Notes under the pieces: generated by a model
Databases searched by the model: none
Told to the model about the DNA's origin: nothing
What the model saw: only the letters and a program-made list of their open reading frames with translations
Shown here: positions 21,203 to 32,452 of the stretch, piece after piece
Numbering within the stretch: the stretch's first letter is position 1
How the letters are laid out: every line of letters begins with the position of its first letter
Assembly: GCA_965249485.1 (NCBI GenBank)
Contig: OZ252239.1
Coordinates: 256,001-320,000 of the forward strand
Origin: a bacterium
Lineage (GTDB): Bacteria > SM23-31
Reading direction: 5' to 3'
Length of the DNA: 64,000 bases
Program-made: the position numbers and the translations under genes

Positions 21203-22489
21203 TTATTTACCGCTACCTTTGACGAAGTCCTTAATCCAATTGCTACTAACAGATTTCGGTCTCGTAATTGGAGCTCCGACGATCCTGTTAACAATCAACT
21301 GGGAGAGCATACCCATAACGCGCGATACGCTGAACAAAACAGTGTAATACGAAAATTCTTTCAGTCCAAAATGGTAAAGCAGTGCTCCGGATGCAGCATC
21401 GACATTTGGCCAGATGCTCTTGGCTTTTCCTTGTTTCTTCAGCACATCCGGAATTGTTTCAAACATAAGCTCGACGGTTTTGAAGACCTCGTCATTAGAA
21501 CAAACACGTTTTCCGAAATCGAGAAATGCCGAATAACGTGGATCTGTAACACGAAGTACGGCATGGCCGTAACCCGGAATCACTTGACCGGCATTGAGCG
21601 TTTCCCATGCAAATTCTTCAAGCTGTGTTTTTGTAGGTGTTCCACCGTAACGCTCATTGATACTTAGAACGAATTTGAGACATTCCTGATTTGCAAGACC
21701 GTGAAGCGGCCCAGCAAGGCCGTTCAAACCAGCTGATACCGCGTAATATGCATCAGAGAGCGCTGAACCAACCGTGTGACACGAAAATGCACTGACATTT
21801 CCCCCTTCATGGTCGCTGTGGAGAACAAGATAGAGCCGAATCAGATCGGCAAAATCACCGTTTGGATCATCCACACCGAGCATATGAGCATAGTTGCCAC
21901 CCCAATCAAGGGATTTTTTGTAGGGAATGAGATCGCCCTTATTAAAATGAATCCGGTACACCGCAGCAGCAATACCGGGCAGCACAGCGAGTAAATTGAT
22001 TGCATCTTCGAGCATTGGTTTCCAGTAATCGTTCTTGTTCATGCCTTTTGCATACATTTTACTGAATGTTGAATCGCGTTCCATTGTCAGAATACCGGTA
22101 CTCAACATCGTCATCGGATGAGAATCATTCGGCATTTCCCGCAGTACATTGATAACATATTCAGGTACTTCTGCATGTCCGGAAAGATCATTAAAAAGTG
22201 CGCTGAGTGCACGTTTATCAGGAAGCTCACCTGTGCACAACAGATAAAATATTTCCTGAGGATACCTGTCAGCCAACTCACCTATTGGTATTCCCCGAAT
22301 TACCAGGCCACGATCCGGTTCTACTACAGAGGTGTCACATATCAATCCTTTGATACCCCGCATTCCCCCAAATGCCTGGGCAACGGTCACATCAGATATG
22401 ACCGTATCACCATGTTCTGCCAGTATCTGTTTTTTTTCCTCCCGTAATATACTAACGAGAGAGAGGAGCTTGTCCTGTAGCGTAACCAT
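21203..22489 (-). CDS. gltA: Citrate (Si)-synthase, eukaryote/Geobacter-type
   Basis: FGGMRGIK, HSDHEGGNVSA, GLAGPLHGLANQE, PGYGHAVLRVTDPRY, WPNVDA, ITRPKS. Confidence 0.92.
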   Translation of the reverse strand: MVTLQDKLLSLVSILREEKKQILAEHGDTVISDVTVAQAFGGMRGIKGLICDTSVVEPDRGLVIRGIPIGELADRYPQEIFYLLCTGELPDKRALSALFNDLSGHAEVPEYVINVLREMPNDSHPMTMLSTGILTMERDSTFSKMYAKGMNKNDYWKPMLEDAINLLAVLPGIAAAVYRIHFNKGDLIPYKKSLDWGGNYAHMLGVDDPNGDFADLIRLYLVLHSDHEGGNVSAFSCHTVGSALSDAYYAVSAGLNGLAGPLHGLANQECLKFVLSINERYGGTPTKTQLEEFAWETLNAGQVIPGYGHAVLRVTDPRYSAFLDFGKRVCSNDEVFKTVELMFETIPDVLKKQGKAKSIWPNVDAASGALLYHFGLKEFSYYTVLFSVSRVMGMLSQLIVNRIVGAPITRPKSVSSNWIKDFVKGSGK

Positions 22490-23055
22490 AACTTTTCTCC
22501 TTCAGATTTGAATATTTATTGTTGTAACATTGTTGAAAACGCAAAAATGTTTGCCACTCCCTTACTTATGAAACGTAGCGAAAGAAGTAGAAGTTCTAGA
22601 AAATACAGAATTAATACGGCTGATTGTGAAATAGTTCATTTGAAATTTATCTACAACAACTTCACAGTATCATCTATTACCTGCATGCCAGGCAGTGTTT
22701 TAGTGTTCAGAGCTAATCAGAAATAACAAGGAAAGTATAGCGTTATCGTATTGGAATGGGCGTATAAACATGCCCTCACTCTGTGGAGCTGAACTTCGAT
22801 ATGATTGTTTTATTAATATACTATTATTCTTAATTAAATACCAGAAAAATTTATAATCAAAAAAATTTGCCGCTTTCACTACATAACTTACTTTTTATCA
22901 CAAGACAACTGACCTGTATTATTCAAAAATTCCTTGCATGTTACTGTGATTTTGATTTTATTTTGGGTTCTTTTGTCCTGTTATTTGTACTGATATCGCC
23001 TATCAACCGTTTCCGGTTAAAGCAGGCGTTACTATTTTGTCAGAAAGGGAGTATT

Positions 23056-24876
23056 ATGAATAGATTTGCAGCAGTTTTTGCAGCACTTGTACTAATGAGC
23101 GTCAATATTTTTGCTCAAACACCGTGGAAAACATATGAGGTCGACCCCGTTACCGTTACGGCAACCCGGCTCGACGTTAAATATGCTGCAACACGGAACG
23201 TTTCAGTACTGACTCGCAGTGATATAATACAGCTTCCGGCACAGAATATTACGCAATTGATGAACTATGCGCTTGGAATTTCTATGAATGCCCGGGGAGC
23301 AGCCGGTATTCAGGCAGACCCGTCGCTTCGTGGCGCTGGTTTTGAGCAGATCCTTATTATGCTTGACGGCGTCAGAATGACTGATCCGCAGACCGGTCAC
23401 CACAATATAAACGTTCCCGTAACCCTCAACGATATTGAACGTATCGAAGTACTTCGTGGGCACGGTTCTGCACTGTACGGTCCGGATGCATTCGGAGGCG
23501 TTATCAACATTATCACACGAAACAGTGCCGATTCACGCTATACTATCGATATCAGCGGTGGATCGTTCGGGACCTTTAATGCGGGAGGCTCTTTCACAGC
23601 GAGCTCATCAGGATTGGGAGTACATCGTCTTTCGTTCGACTCGCAGGTCTCCGACGGATACGAAGATTTTAATCGACAGTACAGGATGAGAACAGCACAC
23701 TGGAAAAGCAGCCTTCCGGTAAATAAACACAAAATATCATTGTCCGGCGGCGTCGTTGAAAAGGACTTCGGCGCACAAGGATTTTACACAACAACCGGGC
23801 AGGAATATGAAGAAACCCGGTCGGTATATGCCGGAGTCAATACAATTTCGAATTTTTCCGACACATTTACCTCGACACTCAATCTCCATTTTAAACAGCA
23901 CAAAGATATGTGGACATTTTTCTATTTTGATCCATCAATATTTACTGCAAACCACACAACCCGGCGCTCAACTCTTGAGTGGACAGGCCGGTTTACGACA
24001 GAAAATGCAGGCAGTTTCACTATCGGTGCTGAAGGCAATCTTGTGAAAATCGAGAGCACAAGCCTCGGGAATCACGATAATGAACGTTATGCGTTTTTCG
24101 GTGAATACGGACAGAGTTTTTCCGACGATTTTCTTGTCAATGTGGGTTTCCGGATTGATAATCATTCTGAGTGGGGAACTGAATTAAATCCATCCCTTAG
24201 CTTCGGATATATAGTGAATCCAAGTCTTTTTCTCAAGTCGTCAATCGGTAGATCATTCAGAGCACCGACTTTTATCGAGCTCTATTCTCCACTGAACTCA
24301 TTTAACGAAGGAGACCCGACCCTCGAACCTGAACGTGCAATTAATTTCGATTCCGGAACAGAATATCAGATCGGCAGTGCTATTAACGGATCAACGACAT
24401 ACTACCGGCGCAGCCAGGACAATACGATCGATTGGAAATTGGTCGATGATCATTTCGAAGCTTTTACGTTTGTGGATGTAGTGTCGCAAGGTGTTGAACA
24501 GGAATTAAATATTACACCGAATACGGTTTTTTCATTGAAACTTGGCTATACCTATCTCCATCAAAATGTCGACAAGGATGATGTTGATTCACGTTATCTG
24601 TTTATTTATCCAAAGCACCATCTTTCTCTGACACCGAGATTTGCCATATCAGACAAACTCCATTTTTTGACGGCAATGAACTGGCGGGAACGGACTGCAA
24701 ATGCACCGAAAGGTGTTAACAATTCGTGGGCATTGGATGCACGCATCAGTTACCGGTTTGAAGATTTTACTTTTACTGTTGACGGGTTGAACCTTCTGGA
24801 TGAAGAGTATCAGGAAATCCGAAATGTGCCCATGCCCGGCCGCGCTGTTTACACACGGGTACGATTCTCTCTGTAA
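23056..24876 (+). CDS. TonB-dependent outer-membrane receptor (BtuB-like); start at MNRFAA
   Basis: Signal peptide, VTVTATR TonB box, IERIEVLRG..SALYGPDAFGGVINIIT, FRAPTF.ELY; GGGAG SD before ATG 23056. Confidence 0.9.
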   Translation: MNRFAAVFAALVLMSVNIFAQTPWKTYEVDPVTVTATRLDVKYAATRNVSVLTRSDIIQLPAQNITQLMNYALGISMNARGAAGIQADPSLRGAGFEQILIMLDGVRMTDPQTGHHNINVPVTLNDIERIEVLRGHGSALYGPDAFGGVINIITRNSADSRYTIDISGGSFGTFNAGGSFTASSSGLGVHRLSFDSQVSDGYEDFNRQYRMRTAHWKSSLPVNKHKISLSGGVVEKDFGAQGFYTTTGQEYEETRSVYAGVNTISNFSDTFTSTLNLHFKQHKDMWTFFYFDPSIFTANHTTRRSTLEWTGRFTTENAGSFTIGAEGNLVKIESTSLGNHDNERYAFFGEYGQSFSDDFLVNVGFRIDNHSEWGTELNPSLSFGYIVNPSLFLKSSIGRSFRAPTFIELYSPLNSFNEGDPTLEPERAINFDSGTEYQIGSAINGSTTYYRRSQDNTIDWKLVDDHFEAFTFVDVVSQGVEQELNITPNTVFSLKLGYTYLHQNVDKDDVDSRYLFIYPKHHLSLTPRFAISDKLHFLTAMNWRERTANAPKGVNNSWALDARISYRFEDFTFTVDGLNLLDEEYQEIRNVPMPGRAVYTRVRFSL

Positions 24877-25024
24877 AAAATATGTTGTTCTTTGAGCTTT
24901 TAGTTCAAGGGAACTCTCGTCCGGTGTTGCGCATTCTATATAATGTACCAGCATGCTGATTTACCTGAAAATATTATGTCCGTCTCAAGTAACATAGAGG
25001 CGGCAAACGGACGACTGTATACTT

Positions 25025-28000
25025 ATGGACACATCCGGATATTACAATACATTTATTGACAGACTGAACCGGCTGAAAAAGCTGGAACAAACGATATGGA
25101 TTGTAACACATCTGCTACGGCTTTTTCTAATAGCCGGACCGGTGTGTGCGGCAGGTCTGGCAATTGAGTACTATCTATGGCTTCCGGTGCCTTACAGGAT
25201 TCTTGTCAGCATTGTAATAGCATGTGCTGGGTGCGGCGCCATTGTATTCCATGTCTACCAAATCATCAAGGCGTATACCGGTAAGGAAAAACGGTTTTCG
25301 TTCGAATCTATTTCGAGAAATGTCGGAAATACCTTCCCGGAAATAAATGACAAATTGTTGAACGGGATGCAGTTATTCGGAGAGCTTTCATCTCCAAAGC
25401 TGCACACTTCACCTGCACTCATCAATGAGGCAATGGACCGGATCGGGCACGAGTTCGGTTCATACGACTTCAAAAAAAGTATCGATTACCGTAAAATTCG
25501 CTCACTGGGAAAATATTCAGTGGTTTTTTCTCTTATCGCAGTTTTCCCGATGCTATTTAGCTCCGGCGCGTTAATTCAATCGGCAGACCGCCTTGTCCAT
25601 CCCGCAAATTTTTATCCAGTACCTACATCGTATTCATTCAATGTTTTTCCAGGATCAGTTGAACTGATTCGAGGAGAACAGCTGCAAATCGCTGTACGAG
25701 TTGACGGCACTGATCCGGGCGATATTCTTCTACATACACAACAAGAAGGCAATACTTTTACCGAATCACACACTTCGGAAAGCAGCACTACCGGACGGTA
25801 TACCTTCGACTTTCCTCAAGTCAACACTCCATTCGACTACTATGTGACAGGATACGACGATGAACGGTCTCTTATCGGAAGAACCATCGTATCGGAATCT
25901 TTTACAGTATCAGTTGTTCACCGGCCAATGGTTAGAATGATGAAAGTACTTCTTGAGCGACCTGAGTATACCGGAATTGGCGGCAATTTTCTTGAAGACA
26001 ATATCGGAGATATTGCTGCGCTGAAAGGGACACAAGTCAGGATCGATCTTATTCTGAATAAACCGGTCGCGGAAGCACTCATTCAATTTAACGAGGGAAG
26101 TACACTTCCTCTGACCGTCAGCGGCTCAAACGCGACCGGCACATTTGCTATTACCCAATCGAAGCGGTATACAGTTCAGCTCAAGGACAGAGACGGAATA
26201 ACGAATAGTGAACCTATCGAATACAGAATTACCGCTCTCGATGATGCATATCCGTTTATCCAGTTACTGCGCCCAGGTGATGATACCGATCTTACCGACG
26301 ATCGGCAGGTGATTCTCGGTTTGAAGATCAGCGACGATTACGGAATTTCCCGTCTCAGGCTCGGTTACCGTATCGAAGAATCGGGGACTTCTCAGGAAAC
26401 TGCTGAACCTGATATAGAGCACAATGACAATAATTTCACGTATTTAGATTTACCATTTGAAAGACGCAGCGGAGCTGTGCAAGACATTCACTTTCTGTGG
26501 GATTTGAAACAGATTCAATTATTTCCCGAGGAACAGATTACCTATTTCGCGGATGTGTTCGATAATGATGCGGTTTCCGGCCCGAAACATACCCGGTCTC
26601 GCTTCTTCCGCCTACGGCTGCCGTCACTGAACGAGCTATTTTCTCAGGCCTCTGAAGTTCAGGAAGAGCAGGAAGAAAAGCTTGAGGAAATTGTTGAGGA
26701 GAGTCGAGAACTTCAGAATGATTTGACTGAATTGACTCGAGAATATTTGAAATCGGAGAAGCTTGACTGGGAACAGCAGCAAAAAATTGAAGAAGCAATA
26801 CGCAAACAAGAAGAAATTCAGAAAACCGTTGAAGAGATAAAGAAAGAGATTGAAGACCTGACCCAAAAGTTTGAACAGAATGATCTTCTTTCTGCGCAGA
26901 CACTCGATAAATACAAGGAACTTCAAGAGCTTTTAAGGGAGCTAATATCTCCCGAACTGCAGGAAATGCTCCAATCCCTGCAAAAATCAATGGAGCAAGA
27001 AGGATCGCTTGATGAAAAGCAGCAGGAGATTTCCAACTTCCGGGCAGCACAGGAGGAATTTCTTGAACGCGTCGACCGGACACTTAAACTGCTCAGAAAA
27101 CTTCAAGCTGAACAAATGATTGACGAGATCGTCACACGGATCGAAACAATTACCCGCACACAACAGGCGATTAACAGTGAACTTTCATTGCTTGAAAACA
27201 GTGAATCTTCTTCTTCGCAGCAATCGGTGCAAAATTCTCTTGCACAACAGGAAAGCAACCTTGCACTGGATACCGATAATTTACAGCATGCAATTGAAAA
27301 TGTCTTAGAAAAAGCAATTGAACAACCTGATATTCCGGCAGACCAACTCGGTCACATGTTTGAATCGATAGAACGGCAAGAAATATCTGACAGAATGGAC
27401 CAAATGAGCGGAGCCATCAGGGAAGATGACATTGTAGCATCTCGTGAGTCAGGTGAAGGAATTTCTCAGGATCTTGAGGCGATCGAGAACGGCCTTAGGG
27501 CTGTTCAGCAGGAAATGGCCAATTCCATGAAAGATGAAATTGTCCGGGAAATGCGGAAATCCGCATCAAACCTTCTTCAACTCTCGAAAAATCAGGAGAC
27601 GGCTAAAACGAGCAGTAGCTCTCTTACACCAAACAGTAACAACTACACAATTATTGCCGATAAGCAACTGAATATTCTGTCTGGTCTTACGCGTGTCATT
27701 AAAGATCTTGTAGAGCTTTCGGAAAAGACATTTTTTATCCCGCCGGAGCTAGGGAAAAGTATTACCCAATCGATGCGTTCGATGCAAGAGTCAATAGCTA
27801 AGCTTGAAGCTCGGGATAAAATCGGAACCATTTCACAGCAGACTCAATCGCTTCAGGGGCTTAATGAGTCGATTGATATCCTCAGGTCGACCATCAGTCA
27901 GGCACAAAACTCACAAACAGGCATCGGATTTAATGAGTATCTAGAGAGAATGGGACAGCTCTCTGGTGCGCAGGGAAGTGTCAATGAGCTAACATTGCCG

Positions 28001-28465
28001 CTATCGCAGGGACAGGGATATTCGCAAAATGAAATGGCCGCACTGCAGCGATTAAAAAGAGATCAGCAATTAATACAAAAGAGCCTTGAAGATTTACAGA
28101 GGGAAATGCAAGGACAGGAAGGTTTGCGATCACGGCTCAACAACATGAGTTCTGAAATGCAGGAAATTATAAACGATTTGGAAAATGTGAACATCACCGA
28201 ACGTACCGTGCGGCTGCAGCAGCGTATTCTTTCACGAATGCTTGACGCGCAGCGTTCGGTTCATCGACGGGATTTCAGCAAAAAAAGAGAAGCAGAAACC
28301 GCACAGGAATATGACGCTGTTGATCCGGGAATGCTTCCTGAAAATCTTGGAGAGGGTTCGAATATTCTTGAGGAACGACTCATGAATGCGCTCCGAGAAG
28401 GTTATAAGAGAGATTTTGAGGAGTTAATCAGAAACTATTTTGAGCAATTGAATAAGCAGGAATGA
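25025..28465 (+). CDS. DUF4175-like large membrane-anchored coiled-coil protein
   Basis: 3 N-terminal TM segments, beta-rich middle with SDDYGI, long Q/E-rich coiled coil, RQ-like ILSRMLDAQRS and IRNYF C-terminus. Confidence 0.7.
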   Translation: MDTSGYYNTFIDRLNRLKKLEQTIWIVTHLLRLFLIAGPVCAAGLAIEYYLWLPVPYRILVSIVIACAGCGAIVFHVYQIIKAYTGKEKRFSFESISRNVGNTFPEINDKLLNGMQLFGELSSPKLHTSPALINEAMDRIGHEFGSYDFKKSIDYRKIRSLGKYSVVFSLIAVFPMLFSSGALIQSADRLVHPANFYPVPTSYSFNVFPGSVELIRGEQLQIAVRVDGTDPGDILLHTQQEGNTFTESHTSESSTTGRYTFDFPQVNTPFDYYVTGYDDERSLIGRTIVSESFTVSVVHRPMVRMMKVLLERPEYTGIGGNFLEDNIGDIAALKGTQVRIDLILNKPVAEALIQFNEGSTLPLTVSGSNATGTFAITQSKRYTVQLKDRDGITNSEPIEYRITALDDAYPFIQLLRPGDDTDLTDDRQVILGLKISDDYGISRLRLGYRIEESGTSQETAEPDIEHNDNNFTYLDLPFERRSGAVQDIHFLWDLKQIQLFPEEQITYFADVFDNDAVSGPKHTRSRFFRLRLPSLNELFSQASEVQEEQEEKLEEIVEESRELQNDLTELTREYLKSEKLDWEQQQKIEEAIRKQEEIQKTVEEIKKEIEDLTQKFEQNDLLSAQTLDKYKELQELLRELISPELQEMLQSLQKSMEQEGSLDEKQQEISNFRAAQEEFLERVDRTLKLLRKLQAEQMIDEIVTRIETITRTQQAINSELSLLENSESSSSQQSVQNSLAQQESNLALDTDNLQHAIENVLEKAIEQPDIPADQLGHMFESIERQEISDRMDQMSGAIREDDIVASRESGEGISQDLEAIENGLRAVQQEMANSMKDEIVREMRKSASNLLQLSKNQETAKTSSSSLTPNSNNYTIIADKQLNILSGLTRVIKDLVELSEKTFFIPPELGKSITQSMRSMQESIAKLEARDKIGTISQQTQSLQGLNESIDILRSTISQAQNSQTGIGFNEYLERMGQLSGAQGSVNELTLPLSQGQGYSQNEMAALQRLKRDQQLIQKSLEDLQREMQGQEGLRSRLNNMSSEMQEIINDLENVNITERTVRLQQRILSRMLDAQRSVHRRDFSKKREAETAQEYDAVDPGMLPENLGEGSNILEERLMNALREGYKRDFEELIRNYFEQLNKQE

Positions 28466-28484
28466 CAAAGCCGTACGTATAAGT

Positions 28485-28814
28485 TCAGTCTTTTACGTTA
28501 ACCTGGGTAATCCCTGTCTGATCAAGCAGGCGGTTTAGTTTGTCGATGTAGGTATTGAATTCTTTTTGGCGAATCATTTGAATATTATTCTCGATCTGTT
28601 TTAGCTTATTCGCCAGGAGAAGCAGGTCTTCACGCCGTTTGCCTTTTTCAAGGGGTAGTTCTTCCTGCTGTGCATTGAGAATTTTGATTTTTTGAGAGAG
28701 AGAAGTAATATTTTTCTGCATAATTCGATGCATGATGAAATAAGAGATGACACTGCCAAACAGCAGTCCGATTCCAAGAACCAATATTAAAAGTTGTATT
28801 GTGTATATATCCAT
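28485..28814 (-). CDS. Hypothetical single-pass membrane protein with coiled coil
   Basis: 109-aa ORF with N-terminal TM segment, filling an intergenic gap. Confidence 0.55.
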   Translation of the reverse strand: MDIYTIQLLILVLGIGLLFGSVISYFIMHRIMQKNITSLSQKIKILNAQQEELPLEKGKRREDLLLLANKLKQIENNIQMIRQKEFNTYIDKLNRLLDQTGITQVNVKD

Positions 28815-28994
28815 TACTATAAATACCTTTTATACATTAGTTTAACAACTTTAGCAGACCTGTAGTTTCAGAATATTTACTAAAACATAATATAAATGTT
28901 TTTTTATTTCAACGCAATTATTAATTTTGCAACTTTTCTGGGTATTATTAATAATCTCATAAAAAATCAGAATTAAACATTTAGTACATAATAA

Positions 28995-30911
28995 ATGAAT
29001 AAGCATTCAATAATACTATCGGCTCATTTCTTGAGAAGGATTAATTTCATCTATTCAGACATACTCCTTGTATTCATGACCGTGATTGCTGTCTTATCAG
29101 TTAATACACCGGCATATGGCCAGACAGACGATATAATAGTCCGAAGATTTGTCTTTGCACAGCAGATAGAAAAACAGGGCTACCTTGAAGAAGCCCTCGC
29201 AATATACAAAGAGATCTATTCGCTGCAACCCGGCAATCAGACGTATTTTTTTAAAGTGCGCCGAACTCTTGAAAATCTGAAACGGTACGAGGAATGGCTT
29301 GAGTATTTAGCAGTGGCTATTCAGACCGATCCTCGAAATAAAAATCTTCTCGGTGAACGGGCACGGGCATTCTTTTTGTCCGGAAAAGAAGGTGAAGCAA
29401 AGCAGGATTGGACACAACTTATCGAACTGAATCCGGGCGATGAATCAAGTTACAGATTTGTTTCTCAGCTTCAGCAAGGATTGAGACTCTATGGTGAAGC
29501 AGTCGGTACTCTACACTTGGGAAGAGAAAACCTCGGAGATCCTGAAGCATTTGCCAGTGAACTGGCAAATATATATTTTTACCGTCAAGAATATATAAAT
29601 GCCTCACTTGAATACATCACAATGGTAATGGTCAATCCAGCATTCCTCACTATTGCCGAGCAGCGCATAAACAGTTTTCCAGCCGACAGTAGTGTAGTTG
29701 CCGCTGTGACGTATGAGCTGGAATCTGTAAGTGAGGACTCACAAAATGGCCCGCTATTCAGAAAACTGCTCTCGAGTTATTATATCAAAAACAAAGAGTA
29801 TCGTAAGGCTCTTGACAGCTATATTATCCTTGATTCGGTGCTGGCAGCTGAAGGCACACAAATTCTGATCTATGCCGATCAAGTTTTTGCAGTCGGTGCT
29901 TATAGTTACTCGGAAGAAGCATACAGCCTATTTCGTGATCTGTATCCGGACAGTGACCAGAATGGACGGGCACACTTCGGTGTTGCCCGCTCGATAGAAA
30001 ACGCTGCTCTTGGTGAATATTCTCCTGCGGAACAAATAAATCCCGTAAATGAGCACATAAGGAATGGAGATCTTCAAAGAGCGCTTGATGAATATTCTTC
30101 AATTACACAGCTCTTTCCAAATACGAAACATGCACTGGACGCATTCTACAGAATCGGTGACATTTCATTTCACTATCTTTTTGATGTCGATCGTGCTATA
30201 GAAGCGTACAATTCCGCAATGAAAATTGCACCACAATCCGAAACCGGATTGAAAGCGACTATCAATATCGGTGACTGCTATCTTGCCTCCAGTGACAGAA
30301 AGCAGGCAACTTTCTATTACGCATTGCTGAACCATGCACAGGAAAACATGAGTGAACTCAAGAATACCGCAGAGTTCAAAACTATTCAGAGCGATTATTA
30401 TGGAAGCGAAACAGAAAATGTTCTTAAAAGACTTGAGAACCTCTTTGACAAGACATCCCGAACAAGTGATCTGAGCAACGATATTCTTGATCTTATCTTA
30501 ATTATTGAAGATAACAATGATGGTGGTTCTTCTGCATTCCGGAGCTATGCCCAAGCAGAATTTTTAATAAAACAGCGAAAATTTTCAGAAGCGGAATTGC
30601 TGCTTCAAGAGATTATCTTGGAATCATCCTCGGTTGCAATTGCAGACGATGCGGTGTATAAAATTGCAGAAATTCAGGAATCGATGGGAAGGTACGGTGA
30701 ATCTCTCAATACATTTCATGAATTTCTAAACCTGTTCCCCGACAGCCCTCTCAGTGAACGGGTGTCGATATCGATTGCAGTACTGTATAGTACCCAACTT
30801 AACCAGCCGATTCAGGCACTGTCTGAGTACGAGTCATTTTTATTAAGGTATACTAACTCTATTTATCTTGATTCTGTCCGGGAACGTATCCGCAATTTGC
30901 GTGATCAGTAA
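28995..30911 (+). CDS. Exported tetratricopeptide repeat protein
   Basis: Signal-like N-terminus; repeated A...Y......YP.S TPR (BamD/CpoB-like) units. Confidence 0.85.
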   Translation: MNKHSIILSAHFLRRINFIYSDILLVFMTVIAVLSVNTPAYGQTDDIIVRRFVFAQQIEKQGYLEEALAIYKEIYSLQPGNQTYFFKVRRTLENLKRYEEWLEYLAVAIQTDPRNKNLLGERARAFFLSGKEGEAKQDWTQLIELNPGDESSYRFVSQLQQGLRLYGEAVGTLHLGRENLGDPEAFASELANIYFYRQEYINASLEYITMVMVNPAFLTIAEQRINSFPADSSVVAAVTYELESVSEDSQNGPLFRKLLSSYYIKNKEYRKALDSYIILDSVLAAEGTQILIYADQVFAVGAYSYSEEAYSLFRDLYPDSDQNGRAHFGVARSIENAALGEYSPAEQINPVNEHIRNGDLQRALDEYSSITQLFPNTKHALDAFYRIGDISFHYLFDVDRAIEAYNSAMKIAPQSETGLKATINIGDCYLASSDRKQATFYYALLNHAQENMSELKNTAEFKTIQSDYYGSETENVLKRLENLFDKTSRTSDLSNDILDLILIIEDNNDGGSSAFRSYAQAEFLIKQRKFSEAELLLQEIILESSSVAIADDAVYKIAEIQESMGRYGESLNTFHEFLNLFPDSPLSERVSISIAVLYSTQLNQPIQALSEYESFLLRYTNSIYLDSVRERIRNLRDQ

Positions 30912-30942
30912 CTCTCAAACGACTATTAACTTAAAAACACCT

Positions 30943-32229
30943 ATGATTATGAAATCTATCACGACAATCATTCTCCTGCTGCTTATTCTTTCCTGTACAG
31001 GAATATCGCCATCACTTGCACAATACATTCTTATTCCGATGGATATTGCCCAGACTGATCATCTCAAAGCGTATGGGGCTGCCTTCTGGACTCTTCAGGA
31101 AGGCGTTACTGTCGATTGGCTCCTCAATTACCGCGGCGGCTCTTTTCTGGTAAACCATTTCAACAAACTTGAGCAGGAACTACGCATTCGCGGTGTAACA
31201 CATCAGATCATCAGAGAACACGAAGTCCTTGCAATCAGGAGCGAGATTGACGAAGACAATATGAATATTGCAAAGCTCGAGAAGGCGCCGAATATTGCTA
31301 TTTATGCCCCACCGAATAAACTTCCCTGGGACGATGCAGTAATGCTCGCCCTCAATTACGCTGAGGTTCCCTATACACTATTATGGGATGAAGAGGTCTT
31401 CGCCGGTAGACTTGAAGATTTTGACTGGCTTCATCTCCACCATGAAGACTTCACAGGACAATATGGTAAATTTTATTCGAACTACGGCGGAACACAGTGG
31501 TATATAGAAAACCAACTCATGTCTGAAACGGTTGCCAATAAACTCGATTTCAGAAAAGTGTCCGAGGAGAAGCGGGCAATCGCAGGATGGATACGCGACT
31601 ACGTTTCCGAAGGTGGATTTATGTTCGCCATGTGTTCGGCCTGTGATAGCTACGATATTGCACTTTCTACGGAAGGAGTCGATATCGCAAGTTCTGTATA
31701 TGATGGAGACCCTCCTGACAGTGACAGTCAGGAAAGGCTCGATTTTTCCAAAACATTTGCTTTTCGAGATTTTTCACTCATCATGAATCCGATGGAATAT
31801 GAATATTCCGATATCGATTTTCCCCCGAGCAATACCGGTACACTTCCCCGCAATGAACAGACAGATTATTTTACGCTGTTTGAGTTTTCGGCGAAATACG
31901 ATCCAGTCCCGACAATGCTGACTCAAAACCATGTTAGTATTATCAAGGGTTTTATGGGGCAGACGACCGGATTCAATCGTGATGTGATAAAAAAATCAGT
32001 TGTCATCATGGGTGAAGTTGAAGAATCATCGCTTGTTAAATATATCCACGGAAATTTTGGACAGGGGACCTTTACGTTTTACGGCGGGCACGATCCAGAG
32101 GATTATACCCATTATATCGGCGACCCGCCTACGCAGTTGTCGCTTCACAAAAATTCACCGGGATACCGGCTGATCCTTAACAACATTCTCTTTCCGGCTG
32201 CGAAGAAAAAAGAACGTAAAACCGATTAA
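30943..32229 (+). CDS. Conserved exported protein (FCB family often mislabelled asparagine synthetase B)
   Basis: Signal peptide; LIPMD..QTDHLKAYG, WLLNYRGGSF, DWLHLHHEDFTGQYGKF, GHDPEDY, SPGYRLILNN; no AsnB catalytic motifs seen. Confidence 0.7.
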   Translation: MIMKSITTIILLLLILSCTGISPSLAQYILIPMDIAQTDHLKAYGAAFWTLQEGVTVDWLLNYRGGSFLVNHFNKLEQELRIRGVTHQIIREHEVLAIRSEIDEDNMNIAKLEKAPNIAIYAPPNKLPWDDAVMLALNYAEVPYTLLWDEEVFAGRLEDFDWLHLHHEDFTGQYGKFYSNYGGTQWYIENQLMSETVANKLDFRKVSEEKRAIAGWIRDYVSEGGFMFAMCSACDSYDIALSTEGVDIASSVYDGDPPDSDSQERLDFSKTFAFRDFSLIMNPMEYEYSDIDFPPSNTGTLPRNEQTDYFTLFEFSAKYDPVPTMLTQNHVSIIKGFMGQTTGFNRDVIKKSVVIMGEVEESSLVKYIHGNFGQGTFTFYGGHDPEDYTHYIGDPPTQLSLHKNSPGYRLILNNILFPAAKKKERKTD

Positions 32230-32406
32230 TTTTCAATATCGCACTATTTTTATTTCTTTTAAGATTCTGTAAATATGCTCGCAATTTTTTCACTTCTTTA
32301 GTATTAACATACACATTAAAATCGGTTCATAATTCTCCCCAAATTTCCTAGAATTTTCTGCAACTGTAATCTACATCACTTTGTAAAATATTTTCTTCCT
32401 CCACAT

Positions 32407-32434
32407 TTGAGTCACAATCGAGAAATGCCGATAT
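32407..32434 (+). promoter_or_regulatory. Putative sigma-28 promoter
   Basis: TTGA-N16-GCCGATAT (consensus -10 element) just before the AGGAGG SD of the 32453 ORF. Confidence 0.6.
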
Positions 32435-32452
32435 CTATATCAGATAGGAGGA

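Noticed and set aside
22490..23055. Cobalamin riboswitch upstream of the BtuB-like receptor
   Set aside because: I could not find the conserved GGGAA, GCCACTG or B12-box elements; a covariance-model search would be needed to exclude it fully
22867..23055. 63-aa N-terminal extension of the TonB receptor in the ORF track
   Set aside because: The SD and signal peptide point to ATG 23056
30943..32229. Asparagine synthetase function for this ORF
   Set aside because: It has a signal peptide and lacks the N-terminal Cys and the SGGLDS ATP-pyrophosphatase motif
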